Origin: Phormidesmis priestleyi Ana | GTDB lineage: Bacteria; Cyanobacteriota; Cyanobacteriia; Phormidesmidales; Phormidesmidaceae | Assembly (NCBI GenBank): GCA_001314865.1 | Contig: LJZR01000023.1 | Span: forward strand, 857 to 64,856 | Direction: 5' to 3' | Length of the DNA: 64,000 nt | Part shown: piece after piece, positions 43,105 to 53,430 of the stretch | Layout: the number at the start of each line of letters is the position of its first letter | How positions within the stretch are numbered: position 1 is the first letter of the stretch | The notes under the pieces: model-generated | What the model was told of the DNA's origin: nothing | Databases searched by the model: none | Seen by the model: the letters and a program-made list of their open reading frames with translations, nothing else | Position numbers and translations under genes: made by a program

Positions 43105-44109
43105 ATGACTGCCTCAAAACCAGTGGCTCCTACGCATACGCCTTCCTACTTTCCTCAAGTTTCGGTCATCGTCCCCATTTATAACGGTGAGCAGGATTTG
43201 CCTGGCCTGTTAAATTGCCTACTAGCGCAAACCTATCCGGCACAAAAGGTTGAGTACCTGCTGGTTGATAATGGAAGTAGCGATCGCACCCCTCAGATCC
43301 TAGCCGAAGCTGCCCCCACCTTTGCCGCTCGAGGAATCACGTTCAAAGCCCTTCGCGAAACCGACATTCAAAGCGCCTACGCGGCTCGCAACACGGGCAT
43401 CTGCCAAGCTACTGGCGAGTTTTTGGCTTTTACCGACGCCGACTGCTACCCACAGCCCCACTGGCTCACCGCCTTGATGCAACCCTTTCAAGACGCCACT
43501 GTGGGCCTAGTGGCGGGTGAAATTACAGCCTTTCCCGGCACCACCCTGCTAGAGCACTACGCCGAACGCAAGCGCATTATGAGCCAGCAAGACACCCTGG
43601 CCCACCCGTTTTGCCCCTATGGGCAAACGGCAAACCTCGGCATTCGGCTCCAGGCACTGGCAGAAGTCGGCCTATTTCGCCCTTACCTCACTACAGGTGG
43701 GGATGCGGATATTTGCTGGCGCATTCAGCAAGAGGGGAATTGGGAAATTCGCTATGCCAGCGAGGCTACCGTGCAGCACCGCCACCGCCAAACGCTCAAA
43801 GCGCTGTATAGCCAGTGGTATCGCTATGGTACTTCCAACCGCTACCTGCACGAACTGCATGGCATTAAGTTGGCTTGGCCACTACCCGCCAAAGAGCGAA
43901 ACCGCAGCCTTTTGCGGTGGCTGCTAAAAGACTTGCCGCGAGCGGCTATGTCCTACGTGCTCGGAAAAGGCCCGGCAATAGATATGCTGACGGTGCCGCT
44001 GGATCTGTACTGTGCGCGATCGCGCGACCAGGGCCAAAAAGCCGCCCAGCTACCTGAAAACGCCAGACAAAAAGCTAAGTTGGCCACGCCGCCCGCTTCC
44101 TCGCGATGA
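43105..44109 (+). CDS. Glycosyltransferase family 2
   Basis: VSVIVPIYNG, VDNGSSD, FTDADC, GGDADICWR. Confidence 0.88.
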   Translation: MTASKPVAPTHTPSYFPQVSVIVPIYNGEQDLPGLLNCLLAQTYPAQKVEYLLVDNGSSDRTPQILAEAAPTFAARGITFKALRETDIQSAYAARNTGICQATGEFLAFTDADCYPQPHWLTALMQPFQDATVGLVAGEITAFPGTTLLEHYAERKRIMSQQDTLAHPFCPYGQTANLGIRLQALAEVGLFRPYLTTGGDADICWRIQQEGNWEIRYASEATVQHRHRQTLKALYSQWYRYGTSNRYLHELHGIKLAWPLPAKERNRSLLRWLLKDLPRAAMSYVLGKGPAIDMLTVPLDLYCARSRDQGQKAAQLPENARQKAKLATPPASSR

Positions 44110-45416
44110 ATATTTTGATGCTGTCTGCCACGTTCCCCTATCCGCCCACCCGAGGCGGCACCTCAGTAAGAACCTTCAACCTGCTCAAGCATCTGAAGCA
44201 ACAAGGTCATCACATTGCCTTAGCCACTCACCGCACCAGCGATGTAACTGACGCAGAAGTCGCCTCACTCAAAAGCTGGGTAGATGAGCTAGCGGTATTT
44301 CCTCGTCCGGCTGTCAATAAACACAGCAGTGAACGCAGGGGAGCCCTCGGCAAAGTTCAGCGATTGTTAAACTTTGCCATTAGCGGCGTACCGCCCAGCG
44401 TTCGCACAACTCATTCCAAGCCCATGCAAAGCTGGGTGACTCAACAAATTGAAACCGGCCAATTTGATGCCATCACCTGCGAGCACAGCGTGAATGAAGC
44501 ATATGTGCCCCAAAATATCGCTGAGCATATCCCCACTTCGGTGGTCAATATTCATAGCTCTGTGTATGGCACCTGCGCCCATCAGCTAGCAGGCAGAACC
44601 GCCGAGAAGCCCTGGCGCGATCGCCTGAACCTTCCCCTGCTCAAACGCTATGAAAAACGCTACTGCCAAAAGTTCTCCCACCTGGTGGTCACTACTGCCG
44701 AAGACCGAGCCCAAATTGCTGAGCTAAGCGGGAAACAAAACATTGCCGTTATTCCTAACGGCGTAGACCTAGACCTGTTTCCTATGCGATCGCAAGATCC
44801 GGGCGGTCAACGCTTGGTGTTTATTGGCGCGATGGACAATCTGCCTAACATTGACGCGGTTACCTTTTTAGCGCAGGAAATCTTTCCACAGGTGCGGCAT
44901 CGCTACCCCCAAGCCACCCTGTTTTTAGTCGGCGCCCGTCCTAACGCGGCAATTCGCGCATTAGGCCAGATTCCTGGCGTCACTGTCACAGGCCAAGTCC
45001 CTGAAATGACGCCCTATCTGCACGAGTCTACGGTTTGTGTGGTGCCAATGCGGACAGGCTATGGGATTAAAAACAAGACACTAGAAGCGATGGCAGCCGG
45101 GATTCCGGTGGTGGCCAGTGATCGCGGTCTAGAGGGGCTCACTGTAGATAGCGGTGTCGATGGCGGTGTAGATAGCAGAACCGTACCGCTACGGGCATTG
45201 CGGGCAAATACGGCTAAAGGCTATGCGATCGCCATCGGTCAGCTCTTTGACTCAGCTGAGCTAAGAAACCAACTCTCGCAAAATGGGCGAGCGTTGATTG
45301 AAGCAGAATATACATGGGCGATCGCAGGCCGCCAATACGAACAGTTATTGGTCAATTCAATTCATTCAAGCAGGCAATATCATTCAAGCAGGCAATATCA
45401 TTCAGGCAGGCAATAG
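44106..45416 (+). CDS. Glycosyltransferase family 4
   Basis: FPYPPTRGG, IPNGVD, GIKNKTLEAMAAG (EX7E-like); 4-nt overlap with upstream GT2. Confidence 0.88.
   Translation: MNILMLSATFPYPPTRGGTSVRTFNLLKHLKQQGHHIALATHRTSDVTDAEVASLKSWVDELAVFPRPAVNKHSSERRGALGKVQRLLNFAISGVPPSVRTTHSKPMQSWVTQQIETGQFDAITCEHSVNEAYVPQNIAEHIPTSVVNIHSSVYGTCAHQLAGRTAEKPWRDRLNLPLLKRYEKRYCQKFSHLVVTTAEDRAQIAELSGKQNIAVIPNGVDLDLFPMRSQDPGGQRLVFIGAMDNLPNIDAVTFLAQEIFPQVRHRYPQATLFLVGARPNAAIRALGQIPGVTVTGQVPEMTPYLHESTVCVVPMRTGYGIKNKTLEAMAAGIPVVASDRGLEGLTVDSGVDGGVDSRTVPLRALRANTAKGYAIAIGQLFDSAELRNQLSQNGRALIEAEYTWAIAGRQYEQLLVNSIHSSRQYHSSRQYHSGRQ
45362..45415. repeat. 18-nt tandem repeat x3 forming the GT4 C-terminus (HSSRQY)
   Basis: TCATTCAAGCAGGCAATA x2 plus one variant, ending at the stop codon. 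Confidence 0.9.
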
Positions 45417-45435
45417 AGGACTTCTAGCCCTCACC

Positions 45436-47856
45436 TCACAAAACATCTTTTTGTTTTTGCTGCCATAGGCTGATGCCTAAGCACACCAGGCTATGGGCAC
45501 ACAGCACGCCCCAGTTTAGCGCCAGATTTTCCCAGGTCGCCGCGTAAGCGGCTGCGCCATCAAACGGTAGCGACATCCCAGGCATGGCTTCTGGCACCAT
45601 GCTATTAACATCTAAAGCCGCCGCATAGCCGCCAATAGACCAGCGACTAATCATCAGCCAAGAGATCACCCGCGCTGGCCCCTCAAGGTCGAACAAAATA
45701 CCAGAAAAGATAATTTGAGGCAGCAGTAGCAAAGGTAGTGCGCTATTGGCCTGAGTCGAATTTTTGACCAGTGCTGAAATCATGAGGCCCAAGCTAGTAC
45801 TGGCAATGAGCGTGAGAAAAGTGGTGATAATCACGCCAATAGGCCAAGGCAATAGCGCTGGCTGCGGTGACTCAAATCCAACGATGATCACAATCAACAG
45901 CAGCAGCGACTGAATGACAGCGAGGGCTGCGTGAATAGAAAATTTAGACCCTAAATAAGGGACGAGCTGCAAATTGACCAGCCGCTCGCGCAGATAGATG
46001 TTGGCCTCTTTAACAATGGTTTGCGCAGTGCCTGACAAGCCGACCCAAATGGTGGCACAGGTAAATACGAACAATACCCGCAGGGCCATAGGCGCGTGTT
46101 CGGGCGCAATAGGCACCGCAGGTTCGGCTAGCGGGCTTTCGGCACGCAGGGCCAGGCGCAGTAGGGCAACGCCGATAGGCGCGGTAAACAGCAGCAGCAA
46201 CAGGCTGAATTTGTCGCGCATCATGAGGCTGAAATAGCGCTGAGCTAAAATCCACCACTGCCTTACCCATGACGCTTTTTGCCGCTTGGGCCGCGCGGTG
46301 TTGCTGTTTTGCTCGCCTGATAGAGCCGACTGCACATACTGGCGATGCAGGGCTGAGGTCTTGAACTGCTGCGCCCATCGCTGAACGTTTCGGTTCCTTT
46401 GTTCGTCGGTATTGCCTTCGTCCAGCTTTATATAAATGTCGGCAAAGTGCTTAAAGTCAGCAGAAGGGGCTTTGAAAAAGGTCATCGCCTCCTGCGGTGG
46501 GCCAAAGTAGCACAGCTGCCCGCCACTGCCCATAAATACAACGCGATCGCACACCTCTAGGTTAGATGTCGCATGCGTCACCAAAATAATCGTGCGCCCC
46601 TGATCAGCCAGCTCTCGCAGCAGGGCCATCATTTTTTTATCTAAGCCCGGATCAAGCCCTGAAGTCGGCTCATCTAAAAAGAACAGCTTAGGATTCGCCA
46701 GCAGCTCTACCGCAATGCTGACTCGCTTGCGCTGTCCGCCGCTGAGCTGATCCACCACGGTATGCCGCACATGACTAAGCTTAACGAGATCTAACGTGTG
46801 AGTGATAGCCGCTGCAATGTCGGTATCTGGCGGCAGTCGCAGCTGACAGGCATAAGACAAAACCTCTTCGACAGTGAGATTGCGGTGAACAATGTCGTCC
46901 TGTGGAACATAGCCAATTTCTGAGCGATACAGGTCAAAGTTTTGTCTGAGATTATCGCCATTGAGCAGCACCATTCCAGAGGTAGTAGGCGCAATGCCGA
47001 GCAGCGTTTTCATTAGCGTAGATTTGCCAGCGCCGCTGCCGCCAACAATAGCCACCAGCTGACCCGGCTCAATCGCTAAAGACACATCGTTTAAAATGGT
47101 CTTTTCACTGTTGTTGTATTTAACTTTGCGCACAAGGTTGAGGGCGTCTAGGCGGATGCGATCGCCATTGTCAAAAATCTCCAGAAACCCACCCCGAAAC
47201 AGCAGGGTAAATGGCCCAATTTGAATCAAATCGCCGTCTTTGAGGGTGTGCGCTTCGGTAAGGCGCTTTTTATTGACATAGGTTCCATTGGCGCTGCGAT
47301 CGCGTAGAACATACTGCGCATTCGCCGAGCGCCCAATAGAGGCGTGATGCCGAGACACTGAAGGAGAATCTAGTACCATAACCGCGCCCTTGCCACTCGG
47401 CTCTCGGCCTAGATCCACTTTGGCCGAGTCCAAAGCCATTAAGTTAATGCGCGAAGTACTGGGCCGACTGCTGGTGACTGGCGATTGGGCACGCACCACG
47501 TACTTCATCAAAATCATATTTTGCGGATTTTGCCCAATCTGTAGCTGCATGTTGTCTTCTAGCAGCAGCCCAACCCCTGGTTTTACCCGCGTATGGTTCA
47601 CAAACAGCCCATTAGTACTGGCTTTGCCCTGTTCGTTGCCATCGTAAATGCGGTAGTTTTCACCCTCTTGCCGTAGCCTCACATGCTGCCCCGAAATCAC
47701 CTCCCAACCGGGTTCTACAATGGCAAAATCGGCCCAGCGAGCATCTCGGCCCAAACGATGTTCAGCTTTAGTTAAGTCAAATCGCAGTTGCTTACCACGA
47801 TTATTCAGCTCAATATAGGGACTCGTCAGAATAGTGTTAGACGTATCAATTGACAT
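45436..47856 (-). CDS. FHA-FHA-ABC ATPase-ABC2 membrane fusion exporter; start probably ATG 47856
   Basis: Two FHA domains (LGR..SGQH..STNG; LGR..SRHH..SANG), Walker A GGSGAGKST, LSGGQ, DEPTSGLD, about six TM helices. Confidence 0.9.
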   Translation of the reverse strand: MSIDTSNTILTSPYIELNNRGKQLRFDLTKAEHRLGRDARWADFAIVEPGWEVISGQHVRLRQEGENYRIYDGNEQGKASTNGLFVNHTRVKPGVGLLLEDNMQLQIGQNPQNMILMKYVVRAQSPVTSSRPSTSRINLMALDSAKVDLGREPSGKGAVMVLDSPSVSRHHASIGRSANAQYVLRDRSANGTYVNKKRLTEAHTLKDGDLIQIGPFTLLFRGGFLEIFDNGDRIRLDALNLVRKVKYNNSEKTILNDVSLAIEPGQLVAIVGGSGAGKSTLMKTLLGIAPTTSGMVLLNGDNLRQNFDLYRSEIGYVPQDDIVHRNLTVEEVLSYACQLRLPPDTDIAAAITHTLDLVKLSHVRHTVVDQLSGGQRKRVSIAVELLANPKLFFLDEPTSGLDPGLDKKMMALLRELADQGRTIILVTHATSNLEVCDRVVFMGSGGQLCYFGPPQEAMTFFKAPSADFKHFADIYIKLDEGNTDEQRNRNVQRWAQQFKTSALHRQYVQSALSGEQNSNTARPKRQKASWVRQWWILAQRYFSLMMRDKFSLLLLLFTAPIGVALLRLALRAESPLAEPAVPIAPEHAPMALRVLFVFTCATIWVGLSGTAQTIVKEANIYLRERLVNLQLVPYLGSKFSIHAALAVIQSLLLLIVIIVGFESPQPALLPWPIGVIITTFLTLIASTSLGLMISALVKNSTQANSALPLLLLPQIIFSGILFDLEGPARVISWLMISRWSIGGYAAALDVNSMVPEAMPGMSLPFDGAAAYAATWENLALNWGVLCAHSLVCLGISLWQQKQKDVL

Positions 47857-48296
47857 GGCCGTAGCATTCAAAAAAAGTGCGTTTACCTGTCTGTTCACCC
47901 GCCCCAAAAGCAGCTGAGTGATCGAGCTCAGCAATCAAGCTCAGCGTTCAAATTCAATTATTTTAAAATTCAATTATTTAAGAGAAGTTGGCTCGCACAC
48001 TAACTTACACCAAGCCTGCAAATCGACGATGTATAAGGCAATATTCAAAGCAATATTCAGATTGTGTAAACCAGCGATCAACTCAGCACAACAACGCTTA
48101 AAGTAAAACCAATAAATTATTGGCCGATTAAGTATCAGGAATCAGTCAGGTTAAACCTGATGCTTTTAGCATCCTCTAGCCTACTTTTGGCTCTGCCTTT
48201 TATCCTGCTTTTGACGCCGCCTTTTGTAGAGTTTTTATAGAGTTTTTAGCTCGCTTTCACTATTTTTTATCTGTATATATTTTCGAGAATAAAGTA

Positions 48297-50255
48297 ATGA
48301 CGTCTTCAGACAACCAGCCGCCCGTTTTGCTCAGCAATCGCTATCAGGTACTGAGCGTTTTAGGGGATGGTGGATTTGGCAAAACTTTTTTGGTCGAAGA
48401 CACCCAGATGCCTTCTGGCAGGCGCTGCGTGCTGAAGCAGCTAAAGCCCATTGAAGACAATCCCCAAACCAACCAAATGGTCAAAGACCGCTTCCAACGA
48501 GAAGCGGCCATTTTAGAAAAGCTGGGCGAAGCTCATGAGCAAATTCCCAGACTATACGCCAACTTTTCAGAGGCCGGTCAGTTTTACCTGGTAGAAGAAT
48601 GGGTCGCGGGCGATACGCTCACCCAGCGTGTCCAAAGAGAAGGCCCGCTCTCAGAAACTGCGGTTCAAACGATGATTGCGCAGCTACTGCCTGCGATCGC
48701 CCATGTTCATCAAGAAGGCATCGTCCATCGCGATATCAAGCCAGACAACATCATTTTGCGAGCTCAAGACGGTAAACCGGTGCTGATTGACTTTGGTGCG
48801 GTCAAAGAAACCATGAACACCGTTATCGATTCCCATGCTCACAGCTCGCACTCAATAGTGGTCGGCACACCGGGATACATGCCCGCCGAGCAGCTGTCGG
48901 GCCGCCCTGTATTTGCCAGCGATATCTACAGCATTGGCATGACAGCCATTTATGCGCTCACTGGCAAAATTCCACAGGAGCTAGATATTGACCCTAGAAC
49001 AGGCGTGCTGCTATGGCGTCAGCATGCGCCCAATGTCAGCAGTGAGTTTGCCAATTTTCTAGACTGTGCGATTCATATGAACGCGCAAAGCCGCTTCCCA
49101 GTGGTTCAAGAAATGCTCTCTATTTTGAATAGCCTCATGTTAGGCAACATGAGCGCACCAGAGACCCCTTTCCCCGAGACTTGGCAGTCATCACAAACGG
49201 TTATCTCCGCACCCCCAAGCGGCGGCGCTGCTCCGGGTGCGGGCGGGGCTCCTAATGCTAGTACACCCGCCTACGCCTACCAGAACTACCAATCAGGGCC
49301 AGAGAGCATCAATACTCAAGTGGTGGCACCGGGACTAAACGCAGGTCTTCAGCAACCCGCAACCCAAATTGCCGCATCGGGCCAGTTCGGATCGGGCCAG
49401 TTCGGACAGCAGAGCGGCCAATATGTGGCCCCCAATGCCTATGTATCAGGCCCACAGGGCGCCTATCCGTCGGCTCCGCCTTCTGGTCAATGGAAAAATG
49501 CCGTGATTGTAGGTGGCATGGTTGGGTTTAGCGTACTGCTAGGCGCGCTAGTTGTAATGGAGCGATTACCAGGCGCACTGGGGAATAAAGGCGATAGTCA
49601 AGAGCAAGTTACGGAATCGAGTCAGAACGCTGACCAAAGCGCTGACCAAAATATTGACCAGAGCACCGCAGAAAAAACAGCCGCTGAAGCAGAGGCTAAC
49701 CCAGAAGTAGCGCCAGTGCCACCGTCACCCGCAGAAGCAGCGCCACGGCCACCCGCTTCTGTGCCCAATGCCAATGCCAGCATTGTGGGTCAACCGGGTA
49801 GCAAAAATATTCGAGCGGGCGCTGGCACGACCTTTGGCGTGATTGATACGGTCGGGGTGGGCGATCGCGTCCAAATCGTTGATCGCAACACGGATTCAGG
49901 CGGCAATCCTTGGTATCAGATCGCGACGCCCAACGGCAACGTAGGCTGGGTTGCTGGACAGCTCATTCAGGTCGATGGCGATGCGGCTCCCCCTCGCAGC
50001 AATCCTGCGCCGCCCGTGCAGCCTGCGCCACCCGCAGATAATACCAATGCGATCATTATCGGTGAGCCCGGCAGCAAAAATATTCGCTCGGGGCCTGGCA
50101 CTGATTACGGCACAGCGCATATTGCCTACCCAGGCGATCGCATTGTCATTCGCACCTCCGCCGCCGACGCTGGGGGCTACACTTGGCACAAAGTTTACTT
50201 CCCCAAGTCAGGTGCAGAAGGTTGGATTGCCGATCAGCTAGTCAGACGCGACTAA
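48297..50255 (+). CDS. Hanks-type Ser/Thr protein kinase, one TM, two extracytoplasmic SH3b domains
   Basis: LGDGGFG, VLKQL, HRDIKPDN, DFG, GTPGY; TM VIVGGMVGFSVLLGALVVM; two NIR.G.GT..GW repeats. Confidence 0.92.
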   Translation: MTSSDNQPPVLLSNRYQVLSVLGDGGFGKTFLVEDTQMPSGRRCVLKQLKPIEDNPQTNQMVKDRFQREAAILEKLGEAHEQIPRLYANFSEAGQFYLVEEWVAGDTLTQRVQREGPLSETAVQTMIAQLLPAIAHVHQEGIVHRDIKPDNIILRAQDGKPVLIDFGAVKETMNTVIDSHAHSSHSIVVGTPGYMPAEQLSGRPVFASDIYSIGMTAIYALTGKIPQELDIDPRTGVLLWRQHAPNVSSEFANFLDCAIHMNAQSRFPVVQEMLSILNSLMLGNMSAPETPFPETWQSSQTVISAPPSGGAAPGAGGAPNASTPAYAYQNYQSGPESINTQVVAPGLNAGLQQPATQIAASGQFGSGQFGQQSGQYVAPNAYVSGPQGAYPSAPPSGQWKNAVIVGGMVGFSVLLGALVVMERLPGALGNKGDSQEQVTESSQNADQSADQNIDQSTAEKTAAEAEANPEVAPVPPSPAEAAPRPPASVPNANASIVGQPGSKNIRAGAGTTFGVIDTVGVGDRVQIVDRNTDSGGNPWYQIATPNGNVGWVAGQLIQVDGDAAPPRSNPAPPVQPAPPADNTNAIIIGEPGSKNIRSGPGTDYGTAHIAYPGDRIVIRTSAADAGGYTWHKVYFPKSGAEGWIADQLVRRD

Positions 50256-50281
50256 CTCTTGTGTCGCAAAGCAACTACTAT

Positions 50282-50323
50282 TTAGCTGAGTTAAATTAGC
50301 TGAGTTAAATTAGCTGAGTTGAA
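50282..50323. repeat. Tandem repeat, 14-mer TTAGCTGAGTTAAA x3
   Basis: Direct reading. Confidence 0.9.
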
Positions 50324-50377
50324 GTCACTCATTTTTATGCATTTGTTGATTTTTGCCCCTGGCTGGATACCTTTCTC

Positions 50378-51298
50378 ATGAAACCTGCTATCTTCGCACT
50401 TAAAAAGCTACCCTTTTGGGTACAGGTAGCCCTGGTTGCGACTCTGATTGTCGTCATGGGTTTAATGGGGTCTTTTTTGACACACACGCTCTCAGGGCAG
50501 GCAACTCCTGAGCGTGCAGCGTCTGACAACGCACTCAATGATACGCGATCGCCCCTCGCTGCCGAAGTTCCCATCGCAGCTCGGCCTCCACTGCCCGTCC
50601 CTGCCGTACCCAATCCGGCAACAGCAACAGAATCCGTAGAGCTTGGCAGCGATTCACCCTTTGCCTTACCCAGCGAAAGCAACTACCCTCAAGAGAACCT
50701 CTCTGCTAAGTCACCATCCCCTGCGGCAAACGTACCTAGCAACCTCGCCAGCACTCCACCCCGAGAATTTGGCCATCTTCCCTACCGCGAAAACACCTCT
50801 CAGCTCGTCAGCGTTGGCCCCTTCGTCAGAGAAAACTACGAACGAGACGAAGCATTAGACCACGCAGCCGCAGGGGCTTTCATGCTGATGCAGCGTGATG
50901 CAGCGCAAGCAGGCGTACAGCTCATGGCAATCTCAGGCTTTCGCAGCATTGCCGACCAAAAGGAACTATTCACCAAACAAATAGAGCGCAAAGGCAGTGA
51001 AGCCGCTGCCGCCCAATACAGCGCCCCTCCAGGACATAGCGAACATCACACGGGCTACGCCGTTGATATTGCCGACATCAACGAGCCCGATACCGACATC
51101 AAACTCAGCTTTGAATACACTGCCGCCTACCAATGGCTCGTTAGCAACGCCGCTGAATACGGCTTTGAAGAATCCTTCCCAAAAAACAACGCCCAAGGCG
51201 TCAGCTTTGAACCCTGGCACTGGCGCTATGTCGGCACACCCGAAGCGATCGCCACCTTTAATACCGCTCGAAGCCTCTTTCCAGCACCCAGTCGATAA
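50378..51298 (+). CDS. D-alanyl-D-alanine carboxypeptidase (peptidase M15B, VanY-like), membrane-anchored
   Basis: SGFRS, PGHSEHHTGYAVD, FEPWHWRYVG; N-terminal TM. Confidence 0.9.
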   Translation: MKPAIFALKKLPFWVQVALVATLIVVMGLMGSFLTHTLSGQATPERAASDNALNDTRSPLAAEVPIAARPPLPVPAVPNPATATESVELGSDSPFALPSESNYPQENLSAKSPSPAANVPSNLASTPPREFGHLPYRENTSQLVSVGPFVRENYERDEALDHAAAGAFMLMQRDAAQAGVQLMAISGFRSIADQKELFTKQIERKGSEAAAAQYSAPPGHSEHHTGYAVDIADINEPDTDIKLSFEYTAAYQWLVSNAAEYGFEESFPKNNAQGVSFEPWHWRYVGTPEAIATFNTARSLFPAPSR

Positions 51299-51398
51299 AA
51301 AGCCAGATAAAGAGCAAAACAAAAAAGACCTTCTACATCACACAAAGCAAATGTAGAAGGTCTTTAATTTTAATAAACCAACCTAATAAGCCAACAAG

Positions 51399-51932
51399 CT
51401 AATAGGCGTCTTGCAGCTCGTAAAAGTCAGGTGAAATATAGTCCTTGCGTAGCGGATACCCTTCCCAGTCTTCAGGCATTAGCAGCCGTTTCAAGTTGGG
51501 ATGTCCTTCATACACAATGCCATACATGTCATAGCACTCGCGCTCCTGCCAATCAGCCGCCTTCCAAATCCAATACACTGAAGCAATTCGAGGATTTTCT
51601 CTCGGCAAAAAGCACTTAATTCGCACTTCGGGTGGCGCATCCGCATCATCGCTCAGCTTAGTTAGGTCATACACGCTTACGAGCTCTTTACCCGGCCCAG
51701 AATCATAAGCACACTGGCAACGCAAGTAATTGAAACCATTGGCATACAACGCAGTCGCAAAAGGTAGCAAAAACTCAGGATCAACCTTCAGCACTTCAAC
51801 GCCCGCATGGTCAGGCTCCATGACCTCATGCGCAAATCCCTGCTCACTCAGCCAAGAAGAAACAGCACCCGGTTCTACAAGGGCAGTTTCTTCAGCCGCC
51901 TGATCTGTCGATTTACTATCAGTATCAGCCAT
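51399..51932 (-). CDS. ndhJ: NDH-1 subunit J
   Basis: [38 protein letters not shown]. Confidence 0.95.
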   Translation of the reverse strand: MADTDSKSTDQAAEETALVEPGAVSSWLSEQGFAHEVMEPDHAGVEVLKVDPEFLLPFATALYANGFNYLRCQCAYDSGPGKELVSVYDLTKLSDDADAPPEVRIKCFLPRENPRIASVYWIWKAADWQERECYDMYGIVYEGHPNLKRLLMPEDWEGYPLRKDYISPDFYELQDAY

Positions 51933-52763
51933 TTACGACTTTGCCTCCTTACCTGTGCGATCGCCTTGCGAATCAGCATTAACTTCACTTTGAGCCGACT
52001 CCTGCTCACCCAGCGCAACAGGCATTCCCATCGCCGCCATTAGCTCCCGAGAAGGCGCTTCACGAGTACCAGAAGCCAGATATGTCCCCGTCAAAATAGG
52101 CGCAACCGTCCTCATGCTGTGGCTACGCGTGTAAAAACGGTGAGTACTCCCAAACTGTGATCTTTCCTGCATAGACTCGTTAGCAATTTTTTTGCGCAAC
52201 TTAATAATCGCGTCAAAAATTGCCTCCGGCCTAGGCGGACAGCCCGGAATATAAACATCCACCGGAATGATTTTGTCTACACCGCGCACCGCCGTCGGAG
52301 AATCAGAACTAAACATGCCGCCAGTAATCGTACAAGCACCCATTGCGATCACATAAGCAGGCTTGGGCATTTGCTCATACAGCCGAACCAATGCAGGGGC
52401 CATCTTCATCGTGACAGTACCGGCTGTGATGATCAAATCAGCCTGCCGGGGACTGGCCCGAGGCGCTAGTCCAAAACGGTCAAAGTCAAAACGAGAGCCC
52501 AGCAACGCCGCAAACTCAATAAAGCAGCAAGCCGTGCCATACAGCAAAGGAAACAAGCTCGAAAGCCGCGTCCAGTTATACAGGTCATCAACCGTCGTTA
52601 AAATCACGTTCTCGGAGAGATCCTGGGTAACACCAGCATTTTCAGCGGGGTTCATTAACCGCTCGCCTGGATTCATGCCCATATCAGCGCCCATATCAGC
52701 GCCGAGGCCGTTTCTACCCTTACCTTGCAAAGCTCCTGCTTTCATGCCTGATCCTATGACCAT
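51933..52763 (-). CDS. ndhK: NDH-1 subunit K
   Basis: [32 protein letters not shown]. Confidence 0.95.
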   Translation of the reverse strand: MVIGSGMKAGALQGKGRNGLGADMGADMGMNPGERLMNPAENAGVTQDLSENVILTTVDDLYNWTRLSSLFPLLYGTACCFIEFAALLGSRFDFDRFGLAPRASPRQADLIITAGTVTMKMAPALVRLYEQMPKPAYVIAMGACTITGGMFSSDSPTAVRGVDKIIPVDVYIPGCPPRPEAIFDAIIKLRKKIANESMQERSQFGSTHRFYTRSHSMRTVAPILTGTYLASGTREAPSRELMAAMGMPVALGEQESAQSEVNADSQGDRTGKEAKS

Positions 52764-53116
52764 TCCAAAGCTCCCTTACGCCATGCGTACACTAAACCAA
52801 CGACCAAAATTGCAATGAATATTAAGGCTTCTACAAAGCCCAAAAGGCCTAATTTATGAAAGGCAACCGCCCACGGATACAAAAAGACGGTTTCTACATC
52901 AAAAATCACAAAGACCAGTGCAAACATGTAGTAGCGAATGTTGAACTGAATCCATGCCCCACCGATGGGCTCACAACCCGACTCATAAGTCGTACGACTC
53001 GCAGGGCCAGCGCTAGCAGGCCTCAACAGCTTAGAGGCACCTAAAGCCACTACCGGCACCAGACTGCTAATGATCAAAAAGCCTAAAAAGTACTCGTACC
53101 CACTTAAAACAAACAA
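52754..53116 (-). CDS. ndhC: NDH-1 subunit C (3)
   Basis: [33 protein letters not shown]; TTG start. Confidence 0.96.
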   Translation of the reverse strand: MFVLSGYEYFLGFLIISSLVPVVALGASKLLRPASAGPASRTTYESGCEPIGGAWIQFNIRYYMFALVFVIFDVETVFLYPWAVAFHKLGLLGFVEALIFIAILVVGLVYAWRKGALEWS

Positions 53117-53430
53117 AGCAAATGCCTTCGATAGGTCTTAATAAACATCCTTATTGTAGCGGCCTAAGTTCTAGATTTTTGGCATGAGCGCTATTTTTTG
53201 CCCTTCTGTTTAATAAGGATTCATAGGCCTATTCATAAGAATTAAGTCTATCGATAGAAAACGCTTACCGCTAAATCCGCAATAGCGCAGTAGAAAACCC
53301 GACGTATGCAATAATAGTTAACAGTCGCTCTCATATTTTACTTCGACTGTTATTAGATGTTTTGTTTTAGGCGTGACTGTCTCAAACACTTTTACGATGA
53401 CCTTTACTCCAATGGGTTCCAATTAAAGCA

